NCBI GenBank assembly: GCA_964521285.1
Contig: CAZFQS010000004.1
Location: 8,115 to 72,114, forward strand
Reading direction: 5' to 3'
Source: an uncultured Bacteroidales bacterium
GTDB taxonomy: Bacteria; Bacteroidota; Bacteroidia; Bacteroidales; UBA10428
DNA: 64,000 nucleotides
Of the stretch, positions 35,871-45,271 are shown piece after piece; the first letter of the stretch is position 1, and every line of letters starts with the position of its first letter. Both the position numbers and the translations under genes were made by a program. The notes under the pieces were generated by a model. It was not told the origin of the DNA and searched no databases. It saw nothing but the letters and a program-made list of their open reading frames with translations.

Positions 35871-38261
35871 ATGCAGTTTGGCTATTTTGACGACAAGAAC
35901 AAGGAATATGTAATTACTAATCCGGATACTCCTGCCCCCTGGAGCAATTACCTTGGATCTACTACTTACGGGGCTATTATCACCAACAATGCAGGAGGAT
36001 ACAGTTTTTATAAATCTGCTGCCCAGGGCCGGTTTATGCGGTACCGTACAAATGCTATACCTATGGATCAGCCAGGCAGGTATATTTATATCCGCGACCG
36101 TGATTCGGGAGACTTCTGGTCTGCATCCTGGCAGCCTGTTGGCAAGCCCCTGGACAAATTTAAGTCAGTTTGCCGGCATGGTACAGCGTACACAGTCATT
36201 GACTCTCAATATTCGGATATCCGCTCTGAAACTACCTACTTTGTTCCTCCCGGAAAAGAATATGAGTACTGGCACTGCAAAATAAGCAACGAGGGATCTT
36301 CAAAGCGCAGGCTAAGACTATTCACTTTCGTTGAATATACAAGCAACTGGCACCTGTGGATGGACTTGATAAACCTTCAGTACACGCAGTATATACTTAC
36401 AATGGATGTTGTCGACGGCATTATAGACCAGGGTACAAATGTTTATCTGCCGCAGCAGCCTGATAATTTTGAGGAAGGGGGGCAAGCGCGCCACACTTTC
36501 CTGGGGGTTGCAGGTGCTAAAGTATCAGGCTTCGATACTGACCGTACAAAGTTCCTTGGAGCTTACGGGAGTTACGCAAAACCTGTTGCAGTGGAGACGG
36601 GTGAATGCTTTAATTCATTGGCCTCAGCGGATAACGGGTGCGGGGTATTACAATTTGATATTGAGCTGGGTCCGGGAAATAAAAAAGAATTTGTTGTTGT
36701 TTTGGGCATAGGTCATGCAGGAAATGAAGGACAGGAAGCCATTGAAGAAGCAAAAAATATAGCAGGAGTGAAAAAAGAGCTTGAAGAATTAAAAGCATAC
36801 TGGCACAGCCGGCTCGAAGGAATGTATGTTGAAACCCCCGATACAGAGTTCAACAGTATGATGAATATGTGGAATCCTTACAACTGCCTAATAACCTATG
36901 CATGGTCACGTGCAGCGAGCCTTGTTTATGCAGGGGAGCGGGACGGACTGGGTTACAGGGATACCGTACAGGATCTGCTGGGAGTGCTCCATACCATACC
37001 CGATGAAGCAGTGAAAAGGCTTGAACTGATGATCACCGGGCAGGTATCTTCAGGAGGTGCCTTTCCTGTTGTAAAACCATTCTCGCATAAACCCGGTGAA
37101 ATGGAAGCCCCTGAAGAGACAGAATACCGCTCAGACGACAGTTTATGGTTGTTTATTACGATACCTGCCTATGTTAAGGAAACAGGTAATATTGACTTTT
37201 ATAACAAGACTCTTCCTTATGCCGACAAGGGGCAGGATACGGTGCTGGGACATATGAAAAAAGCTATTGAATTCAGCCTGCAGCGTTCAGGAGCACATGG
37301 ATTACCATGCGGACTGTCAGCTGACTGGAACGACTGCCTGATGCTCGGACAGAAAGGTGAATCGGTATTTGTTGCTTTCCAGCTACGCCTGGCACTTGAC
37401 ACTTATGCAGAAATATGTGAGCTTTTAAGTCTGCCTGATGAAAAGGCATGGGCGGAAAAACAGCTAGACATCCTTGATTTCAATATTGAAAAATATGCAT
37501 GGGATGGGAACTGGTATCTGCGTGCTTACAGGTATGACGGACTTAAGTACGGAACTCAAACTGACGAGGAAGGCTCATTGTGGCTTAACCCCCAGACATG
37601 GGCAATATATAGCAGGCACACAAAGGGCGAAAAGGCATTAAGTATTATGAAGTATGTCCACCAGAAATTGTTTACAGCGTACGGACTTATGTTATGTGAT
37701 CCTCCGTATCAAAAGGCTGACCTTAATATTATTAAAGCCACATTGTTTAATATAGGGACAAAAGAAAACGGTTCTATATTTTGTCATACCCAGGGTTGGG
37801 CAATAATAGCAGAAACAATGAATGGGAATGGTAGCAGGGCCTACAATTATCTCCGGGCTTTCATGCCAGCAGCCATGAATACAAAAGCTGAAATAAGAGA
37901 AATTGAACCCTACGTATACTGCCAGTCCACACACAGCCCCTATAGTCCGCGTTATGGAGCTTCGCGCCTGCCATGGCTAAGTGGTTCCGCTACATGGTCG
38001 TATTACGCTGTGACACAGTATATACTTGGAATACAGCCACATTATAACGGATTGCAGATTGACCCCTGCATACCTGCAAAGTGGGAAAAATTTAAAGTTA
38101 ACCGCAGATTCAGGGGCAAATTCCTGGAAATAGAAGTAATAAATGAAAATCATAAAGAAAAAGGTGTTAGTAAAATAATTATAAATGATGAAGAGGTTGA
38201 TGGAAATCTTATTTCTGTTGATATGATGAAAGAGCACAATACTGTTAAAGTAATTATGTAG
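35871..38261 (+). CDS. GH94 disaccharide phosphorylase (cellobiose / chitobiose phosphorylase family)
   Basis: The N-terminus 'MQFGYFDDKNKEYVITNPDTPAPWSNYLG' mirrors cellobiose phosphorylases ('MKFGFFDD..KEYVIT.P.TP.PW.NYLG'). At 796 aa it has the length of an (alpha/alpha)6 catalytic region. Confidence 0.85.
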   Translation: MQFGYFDDKNKEYVITNPDTPAPWSNYLGSTTYGAIITNNAGGYSFYKSAAQGRFMRYRTNAIPMDQPGRYIYIRDRDSGDFWSASWQPVGKPLDKFKSVCRHGTAYTVIDSQYSDIRSETTYFVPPGKEYEYWHCKISNEGSSKRRLRLFTFVEYTSNWHLWMDLINLQYTQYILTMDVVDGIIDQGTNVYLPQQPDNFEEGGQARHTFLGVAGAKVSGFDTDRTKFLGAYGSYAKPVAVETGECFNSLASADNGCGVLQFDIELGPGNKKEFVVVLGIGHAGNEGQEAIEEAKNIAGVKKELEELKAYWHSRLEGMYVETPDTEFNSMMNMWNPYNCLITYAWSRAASLVYAGERDGLGYRDTVQDLLGVLHTIPDEAVKRLELMITGQVSSGGAFPVVKPFSHKPGEMEAPEETEYRSDDSLWLFITIPAYVKETGNIDFYNKTLPYADKGQDTVLGHMKKAIEFSLQRSGAHGLPCGLSADWNDCLMLGQKGESVFVAFQLRLALDTYAEICELLSLPDEKAWAEKQLDILDFNIEKYAWDGNWYLRAYRYDGLKYGTQTDEEGSLWLNPQTWAIYSRHTKGEKALSIMKYVHQKLFTAYGLMLCDPPYQKADLNIIKATLFNIGTKENGSIFCHTQGWAIIAETMNGNGSRAYNYLRAFMPAAMNTKAEIREIEPYVYCQSTHSPYSPRYGASRLPWLSGSATWSYYAVTQYILGIQPHYNGLQIDPCIPAKWEKFKVNRRFRGKFLEIEVINENHKEKGVSKIIINDEEVDGNLISVDMMKEHNTVKVIM

Positions 38262-38284
38262 AACTTATAAATCAGGAAACAGAT

Positions 38285-39280
38285 ATGAAAAAAATTATGG
38301 TTGGCCCCTCCCTCCCCAATATACCGTGGGAAGATAAACCCTCAGGTCATAAAGAATTAATGTGGAAATACAGCAAAAATCCGGTAATAGGATGGAATCC
38401 GACACCCACTACTGCCAGAATATTTAACAGTGCCGTACTACCTTACAAGGGAGAGTTTGTGGGGGTCTTTCGTGCCGATCATAAAAACGGAAGGGCATTT
38501 ATCCATTTTGGTAAAAGCAGGGATGGATTTAAATTTGAAATTGATGATAATGTAATTCCCTGGCAGGATGAAAATGGCAATCCACGCCCCGTGAGCTATG
38601 CATATGATCCCAGGCTGTTGAAAATTGACGACTTGTATTATATAACATGGTGCGATGATATGCGTGGTGCATCCATAGGAATGGGAAAAACCAGAGATTT
38701 TAAAACATGGATAAGGATGCCTAATCCGCTTATGCCTTTTAACCGTAACGGCGTACTATTTCCCAGGAAAATTAAGGGTAAATATTACCTTTTAAGCAGG
38801 CCGAGTGATAGCGGACATACTCCATTCGGAGATATATTCATCAGTGAAAGTCCTGATTTAACATACTGGGGAAACCATAAATTTGTAATGGGCACAGGTG
38901 GCCAGGGATGGTGGCAAGGGGTGAAAATCGGGGCCGGTCCCGTGCCGATAGAAACCACTGATGGATGGCTGCTCTTTTATCATGGTGTGTCAACTACATG
39001 TAATGGTTTTGTATATAGCTTCGGCGCAGCAATTCTTGATCTCGATGATCCATCGAGAGTTATTTACCGGTGTGCAGACTATTTTATTACCCCTGAAGAG
39101 ATATATGAAACAACCGGATTTGTGCCCAATGTGGTATTTCCTTGTGCAAACCTGTATGACCCTGACACAAACAGGATAGCCATTTATTACGGTGCCGCAG
39201 ATACTTTTACAGCATTAGCCTTCGGATATGCAGACAAAATCATAGAATATATTAAAAAGCACCACGAAGATGTAAACTAG
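38285..39280 (+). CDS. GH130 beta-mannoside phosphorylase (short, GH130_2-like size)
   Basis: A 331-aa five-bladed-propeller pattern ('NPVI', 'FNSAVLPYKGEFVGVFR', 'YDPRL', 'PNVVFPCA', 'IYYGAADT'). Confidence 0.75.
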   Translation: MKKIMVGPSLPNIPWEDKPSGHKELMWKYSKNPVIGWNPTPTTARIFNSAVLPYKGEFVGVFRADHKNGRAFIHFGKSRDGFKFEIDDNVIPWQDENGNPRPVSYAYDPRLLKIDDLYYITWCDDMRGASIGMGKTRDFKTWIRMPNPLMPFNRNGVLFPRKIKGKYYLLSRPSDSGHTPFGDIFISESPDLTYWGNHKFVMGTGGQGWWQGVKIGAGPVPIETTDGWLLFYHGVSTTCNGFVYSFGAAILDLDDPSRVIYRCADYFITPEEIYETTGFVPNVVFPCANLYDPDTNRIAIYYGAADTFTALAFGYADKIIEYIKKHHEDVN

Positions 39281-39342
39281 TCTATCAAAACATAAATTAT
39301 ATACTTGTTATCACACCGGATACTTCAATAACTTATATTAAT

Positions 39343-40902
39343 ATGGCATCAAGAAAATTGATTATAATCTTCTGCATAGTTATTGCAATAGTAGCCTTTT
39401 CATGTTCCAGGGAAAGGAAAAATAAATTACTGTTCAGACGCATAGATAAGGCTAAGCCCAGAAATGTAATATTCATATTAAGTGATGATCACCGGTACGA
39501 CTTTATGGGTTTTACAGGTAAAGTCCCCTGGCTTGAAACTCCAAACATGGATCAGCTGGCAAAGGACGGGGTGTACTGCCGTAATGCCTTTGTCTCGACA
39601 TCGTTGAGCTCACCCAGCAGGGCTTCAATATTAACCGGTTTATATGCCCATTCACATACAGTTGTAGATAACTCGGCACCGGATCCTGAAAATCTTATTT
39701 ACTTTCCCGAATATATAAAGGCTGCAGGATACCGGACTGCCTTTTTCGGTAAATGGCATATGGGAAGTGAGAATGATGAGCCGCGCCAAGGGTTTGATCA
39801 CTGGGAAAGCTTTAAAGGACAAGGTGATTATTACAATCCGACACTTAATATAAACGGTGAAAGGATAACTTACGGTGACTCGGCCTATATTACAGACTTG
39901 TTAACAGATCATGCTATTGAATGGCTGAAAGACAGAAAATCTGACAAACCTTTCTTCCTTTATCTCTCGCATAAAGCCGTACATGCGGAATTCAGCCCGG
40001 CAAAAAGGCACAGGGGTAAATATGCCGGTAAAAAGATTGAGTATCCCCCGTCATTTAATATAACAAAACCTGGGATACTGGAATCTGACGGTATGCACTG
40101 CAAGCTGAGTAATGAACATAATCCGGATTATAATTACGGTAAGGGAAGAATACCTGACTGGGTGAAGGAACAGCGGTTTAGCTGGCACGGTGTCGATTAT
40201 ATGTATAACGGCGAGATGGATTTTGAATCATTTTATTATAGTTATTGCGAGACATTGGCAGGAATTGATGAAAGTCTGGGTACCATAATCAATTATTTGA
40301 AAGAACAGGGTATGTATGAGTCTACACTTATAATTTACATGGGTGATAACGGATTTTCCTTTGGTGAGCATGGTTTAATTGACAAGAGACACTTTTACGA
40401 GGAGTCTGCAAAAGTACCTCTTCTGGTTAGCTGTCCTGAACTTTTCAAAGGCGGAAGGGTCGAGAACAGGATGATCCAGAATATTGACATTGCCCCCTCC
40501 ATACTTGAAATTTTTGGAATTAAGAAGCCCGGACATATGCAAGGTATGTCTTTTGTAGAATTGCTCAGTGAAAAAGATATTAAGTGGAGGGATAAAATAT
40601 TCTATGAATATTACTGGGAGGAAAACTTCCCTCAAACACCTACAACTTTCGGAATACGAACTGACAGATACAAGTACATTAGGTATTGGGGTATATGGGA
40701 TACTAATGAATTTTATGACCTTGAAAATGATCCCAATGAGATGAACAATCTTATTGCCAGTCCGTTACACCAGCATATTATTAAGGAAATGGCCGATGAA
40801 TTATATACATGGCTGGAAAATACACATGGAATGCAAATACCCTTAAAAAGACCCCCTGGCCCGAGATTCAGGGGAGACTACAGAAACATTAACCTATATT
40901 AA
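39343..40902 (+). CDS. S1-family sulfatase, Ser-type
   Basis: 'ILSDDHRYD', and the formylglycine motif 'SLSSPSRASILTG' (S-x-P-x-R). Signal/lipoprotein N-terminus 'VAFSC'. Confidence 0.85.
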   Translation: MASRKLIIIFCIVIAIVAFSCSRERKNKLLFRRIDKAKPRNVIFILSDDHRYDFMGFTGKVPWLETPNMDQLAKDGVYCRNAFVSTSLSSPSRASILTGLYAHSHTVVDNSAPDPENLIYFPEYIKAAGYRTAFFGKWHMGSENDEPRQGFDHWESFKGQGDYYNPTLNINGERITYGDSAYITDLLTDHAIEWLKDRKSDKPFFLYLSHKAVHAEFSPAKRHRGKYAGKKIEYPPSFNITKPGILESDGMHCKLSNEHNPDYNYGKGRIPDWVKEQRFSWHGVDYMYNGEMDFESFYYSYCETLAGIDESLGTIINYLKEQGMYESTLIIYMGDNGFSFGEHGLIDKRHFYEESAKVPLLVSCPELFKGGRVENRMIQNIDIAPSILEIFGIKKPGHMQGMSFVELLSEKDIKWRDKIFYEYYWEENFPQTPTTFGIRTDRYKYIRYWGIWDTNEFYDLENDPNEMNNLIASPLHQHIIKEMADELYTWLENTHGMQIPLKRPPGPRFRGDYRNINLY

Positions 40903-40935
40903 TACAAATTAAAGTCATTGTATATCTGATATATT

Positions 40936-42693
40936 ATGAAAAAAAATATTATCATTCATTTGAAGTTGTACTTTTTCCTGAGAGAAAGCAATTTTTATTT
41001 TAAAAGAAGATTTAAGGGATTAGTATATATAACTGTAGGTTCAGGTTTATTATTATCTAATTTAGGCTGTAAAAAACCCGGTGAAACTGAAATAACTGGA
41101 AAGCCTTTTCCCGCGCAGCCCAATATCTTATGGATTAGTTGTGAAGATATAAGTCCGAGACTTGGATGCTATGGTGATAATGTGGCACAAACACCCAATA
41201 TAGACAGGTTAGCAAGCCAGGGTATTAAATATACAAATGTGTTTACCACTGCCCCTGTTTGTGCTCCATGCCGCTCAGGTATAATAACAGGAATGTACCA
41301 GACTTCTATTGGAACACACCACATGAGGACCTCTCACAGGGCCGATAACCTTCCTACTCCCTATGAAGCTGTCCCTCCGCATTATGTAAAAACGTTTACA
41401 GAATACCTTAGGGCAGCCGGTTATTATTGCACAAATAACGCCAAAACAGATTACCAGTTTGCCTCACCGGTAACAGCATGGGATGAATGCAGCAATACAG
41501 CCCACTATAAAAATCGGCCCGGCAGAGATACTCCGTTTTTTGCAGTTTTCAATATAGAAATTACTCATGAAAGTAAAAACTGGCAGCCACCTGAAAGTAC
41601 TGATCCGTCCTCAGTTGAAGTGCCCCCTTATTATCCTGATAATGAAATAGTGAGAAAAAATATTGCGCGGTTATACGATAATATTGCAAAACTGGATACT
41701 ATAGTTGGTGAGATACTTAAAGAGCTCGAGTATGAAGGGCTGGCTGAAAATACCGTTGTTTTCTTCTGGAGTGACCATGGAGACGGACTGCCACGGGCAA
41801 AAAGATGGTTGTACGACTCAGGAACGAGGATACCTCTTATTATTCGATGGCCCGGATATATAAAGGAGGCAGATTCAAACAGCAGGCTTATCAGTTCAAT
41901 TGACTTTGGGCCTACAGTGTTGTCTGTGACCGGAGTACCTGTTCCCAAACACATGCAGGGAAGAGCTTTTCTGGGAGCACAGGCAAAACCACAAAGAAAC
42001 TATGTTTTTGCTGCGCGTGACCGTTTTGATGAATCATACGACATGGTTCGTTCTGTCAGAGACAATAAATACAGATATATACGCAACTATTATCCTTTAA
42101 AGCCATATGTGCTGTGGGTACCTTACAGGAACCGTATGCCCATAATGCAGGAATTACTAAGGCTGTATGCCGAAGATAAGTTGGAGGGAGCACAAAAGAT
42201 ATGGTTTAGTGACACACGCCCCCCTGAAGAATTATATGACTGTGAAAAAGATCCTCACCAAATAAACAATCTGGCTTATGATACTGAATACAAAGCTGTT
42301 TTGAATAGAATGAGTGCCAGGCTTAATAAATGGATGAGTAATACAAAAGATATGGGCAATATTTCAGAATCAGAGATGATTTATAATATGTGGCCTAATG
42401 GAGTGCAGCCAGTAACTGCACCACCTGCATTCATTGTTTATGGTAAAGAATCTGTTAATATGACTACAATATCCACAGGAGGTAAATTCAAATATCCGGT
42501 CAGGATTTCTGTTTATTCTGCAACACAGGGAGCATCAATTGCTTTTACTACTGATACTGCAGAAAATGTTCACTGGAAATTATATGCAGGACCTATAAAA
42601 CTAAATAGGGGAACCACATTATTACGAGCTAAGGCTATACGTTACGGATATAAAGAGAGCAAAGAAGTTACTGTAAAATTTGAAATTGAATAG
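40936..42693 (+). CDS. S1-family sulfatase, Cys-type, lipoprotein
   Basis: 'WISCEDISP', and the formylglycine motif 'PVCAPCRSGIITG' (C-x-P-x-R). Lipobox 'LSNLGC'. The true start may be internal to the annotated N-terminus. Confidence 0.85.
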   Translation: MKKNIIIHLKLYFFLRESNFYFKRRFKGLVYITVGSGLLLSNLGCKKPGETEITGKPFPAQPNILWISCEDISPRLGCYGDNVAQTPNIDRLASQGIKYTNVFTTAPVCAPCRSGIITGMYQTSIGTHHMRTSHRADNLPTPYEAVPPHYVKTFTEYLRAAGYYCTNNAKTDYQFASPVTAWDECSNTAHYKNRPGRDTPFFAVFNIEITHESKNWQPPESTDPSSVEVPPYYPDNEIVRKNIARLYDNIAKLDTIVGEILKELEYEGLAENTVVFFWSDHGDGLPRAKRWLYDSGTRIPLIIRWPGYIKEADSNSRLISSIDFGPTVLSVTGVPVPKHMQGRAFLGAQAKPQRNYVFAARDRFDESYDMVRSVRDNKYRYIRNYYPLKPYVLWVPYRNRMPIMQELLRLYAEDKLEGAQKIWFSDTRPPEELYDCEKDPHQINNLAYDTEYKAVLNRMSARLNKWMSNTKDMGNISESEMIYNMWPNGVQPVTAPPAFIVYGKESVNMTTISTGGKFKYPVRISVYSATQGASIAFTTDTAENVHWKLYAGPIKLNRGTTLLRAKAIRYGYKESKEVTVKFEIE

Positions 42694-43930
42694 TAAAACT
42701 GCCGTGGATTATTTCATTGGTGACCATATAGCGTATAATATAATGGTAAAGCCTGCCGGCCCCAGGTGCAACCTGAATTGCACATATTGTTATTATCTTG
42801 AGAAGAAGAACCTGTATAAAGATGACAATATATCACTTATGCCGGAATCAGTACTGGAAAAGTTTATAAAACAATATATTCAGTCACAAACAGCACCTGT
42901 TATTTCATTTGTCTGGCAGGGAGGTGAACCTATGCTTGCCGGACTGAAATTTTTTCAGACAGCTGTTGAATACCAGAAATATTATGCTGCAGGCAGGCGG
43001 ATAATAAACTCTTTTCAAACCAACGGTACCTTAATAAATGAAAACTGGTGCAAATTTTTCAAACAACATAATTTTCTGATAGGTATTTCTATTGACGGCC
43101 CTGAGAAAATACACGATTATTACAGGCGCAATATTCACGGTGCAAACACGTGGCATAAGGTGATGAAAGGGATAAGGCTATTACAGGATCATAATGTTGA
43201 TTTTAATACTCTTACTGTAATAAATGACCATAATTCAGATTACCCCCTGGAAATATATTCATTTCTGAAGAGCATAGGCAGTAATTATCAACAGTATATA
43301 CCCATAGTTGAACAGGCAGCAACAGATGAAGATTTTTTCCCCTTATCACTGGTATCACCCGATTACAGGGGTAATACAAGCATCACTGATTGGTCTGTAA
43401 GTCCGCAGAAATTTGGTGATTTTTATATTAAGATTTTTGATCAATGGGTAAAGAATGATGTAGGTTCTGTTTTTGTTCAGATTTTTGATGTTATGCTGGC
43501 AAACTGGATTGGCGAACCGGGAGGACTGTGTATATTTGATAAAACCTGTGGTAATGCAGCCGTTATTGAATGTAACGGTGATTTGTACAGTTGTGATCAT
43601 TATGTGTATCCTGAAAATCTTCTGGGTAATATTTTGAATGAACCACTGCTTGAAATGATGCTTTCAAAAAAACAGCAGGAGTTTGGTATGCATAAAAGAA
43701 ATGCTTTACCGGATTTTTGTCTCAACTGTGATTATTTAAATGTATGTAACGGAGAATGTCCTAAAAACAGAATATCAACAACTCCCGGAGGTGAAAAGGG
43801 ATTAAACTATTTATGCAGTGGACTGAAAAACCTGTTTAAACATGTTGCGCCATATATGAATTTTATGGCTAATGAGCTCAGGAATAAAAGGGCTCCTGCA
43901 AATGTTATGGCATGGGCAAAAGATAAATAG
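42680..43930 (+). CDS. Anaerobic sulfatase-maturating enzyme (radical SAM/SPASM)
   Basis: 'MVKPAGPRCNLNCTYCYY' is the radical SAM CxxxCxxC motif. The C-terminal SPASM Cys clusters are 'CIFDKTCG', 'CNGDLYSCDH' and 'CLNCDYLNVCNGECP'. The track start is a TTG overlapping the sulfatase stop; GTG 42704 or ATG 42743 are alternatives. Confidence 0.85.
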   Translation: MKLNSKTAVDYFIGDHIAYNIMVKPAGPRCNLNCTYCYYLEKKNLYKDDNISLMPESVLEKFIKQYIQSQTAPVISFVWQGGEPMLAGLKFFQTAVEYQKYYAAGRRIINSFQTNGTLINENWCKFFKQHNFLIGISIDGPEKIHDYYRRNIHGANTWHKVMKGIRLLQDHNVDFNTLTVINDHNSDYPLEIYSFLKSIGSNYQQYIPIVEQAATDEDFFPLSLVSPDYRGNTSITDWSVSPQKFGDFYIKIFDQWVKNDVGSVFVQIFDVMLANWIGEPGGLCIFDKTCGNAAVIECNGDLYSCDHYVYPENLLGNILNEPLLEMMLSKKQQEFGMHKRNALPDFCLNCDYLNVCNGECPKNRISTTPGGEKGLNYLCSGLKNLFKHVAPYMNFMANELRNKRAPANVMAWAKDK

Positions 43931-43990
43931 CTAAGAGTGTTCAATTTTTTTAAATTATTTTGCAAATAAATAATGTGTTATTTTTGATAT

Positions 43991-45271
43991 ATGAACAATA
44001 CAGATGATAAAGTAATAACAAAAGCGGTTCGAATTTATGGTGTTTGTGACCTTCGGCTGGAAGAATTTGAACTACCCCGGCTTAAAGAAGACGAAATTCT
44101 TGCCAAAGTAATGTCAGATTCTGCCTGTATGTCATCTTATAAGGCTGCTCTGCAGGGAGCACAACATAAACGTATTCCTGATGACATAGCTGTAAATCCT
44201 ACTATCATCGGTCATGAGTTTGGCGGAGTAATCCTAAAGGTTGGGAAAAAGTGGAAGCATAAGTTCCGGGAGGGTATGAAATTTGCTATTCAGCCGGCAC
44301 TCAACTATAAAGGGTCCCTGGATGCCCCCGGATATTCTTTCAGATATATCGGAGGGGCAGCTACATACATAATTATCCCTAATGAAGTAATGGAAATGGA
44401 TTGTCTTCTTGAATATAAGGGTGAAGGATTTTTTCCCGCATCTTTATCTGAGCCTCTCTCATGCGTAATAGGGGCATTTCATTCAAATTATCATAATAAC
44501 CATGCACAGCATTCACATGATATGGGTATCATTGAAGGAGGAAACACTGCAATATTGGGGGGATGCGGACCTATGGGACTGGCAGCTATAAATTATCTTT
44601 TTCATTGCAACAGAAAACCGGGGCTGCTTCTTGTATCAGATATTGATGATAACAGGCTTAGGAATGCATCATCACTGTTTTCTGAAGTAGAAGCAAAAAG
44701 CCGGGGAATAGAGCTAAAATATGTTAATACAAGTAAATATAAAGATCCTTCTGAGGCCCTTCTTTCCCTTACAGGTAATAAAGGTTATCATGACATATTT
44801 GTATATGCACCTGTAAAGGGATTAATAACCCAGGCTGACAGGATACTGGCAAAAGACGGATGTCTTAATTTTTTTGCAGGCCCTGTAGATCAGAACTTTT
44901 CAGCTGAAGTAAATTTCTATAATATTCACTATTCTACAAATCATATTATTGGTTCCATCAGTGGAAACACAAATGATATAGCTGAAGCTCTGGACCTGAT
45001 GTCAAAAGGTATGAATCCCGCAAGCATGATAAGCCATATCGGCGGATTAAATGCCGTCAGGCATACAACCTTAAATCTTCCTAAAATTCCCGGGGCCAAA
45101 AAGTTATTTTATACTCATATTGATATGGAACTAACCGCTATAGAGAATTTTGAGGAAAAAGGCAAGGAAGATCATCTATTTAAGAATCTCCACAATATAT
45201 GCAAAAAACATAACGGATTATGGTCTGTTGAAGCGGAAAATTACTTATTAAGCCATTATAGTGTTAGTTAA
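43991..45271 (+). CDS. Zn-dependent medium-chain dehydrogenase, L-sorbose-1-phosphate-reductase (SorE)-like
   Basis: 'KAVRIYGVCDLRLEEFELPRLKEDEILAKV.SDS.C.SS.KA..G..HK..P.D....P.I.GHEF.G.I..VGKKW.HKF' recalls enterobacterial SorE. 'SEPLSCVIGAF' and 'GGCGPMGL' are also present. Confidence 0.6.
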   Translation: MNNTDDKVITKAVRIYGVCDLRLEEFELPRLKEDEILAKVMSDSACMSSYKAALQGAQHKRIPDDIAVNPTIIGHEFGGVILKVGKKWKHKFREGMKFAIQPALNYKGSLDAPGYSFRYIGGAATYIIIPNEVMEMDCLLEYKGEGFFPASLSEPLSCVIGAFHSNYHNNHAQHSHDMGIIEGGNTAILGGCGPMGLAAINYLFHCNRKPGLLLVSDIDDNRLRNASSLFSEVEAKSRGIELKYVNTSKYKDPSEALLSLTGNKGYHDIFVYAPVKGLITQADRILAKDGCLNFFAGPVDQNFSAEVNFYNIHYSTNHIIGSISGNTNDIAEALDLMSKGMNPASMISHIGGLNAVRHTTLNLPKIPGAKKLFYTHIDMELTAIENFEEKGKEDHLFKNLHNICKKHNGLWSVEAENYLLSHYSVS

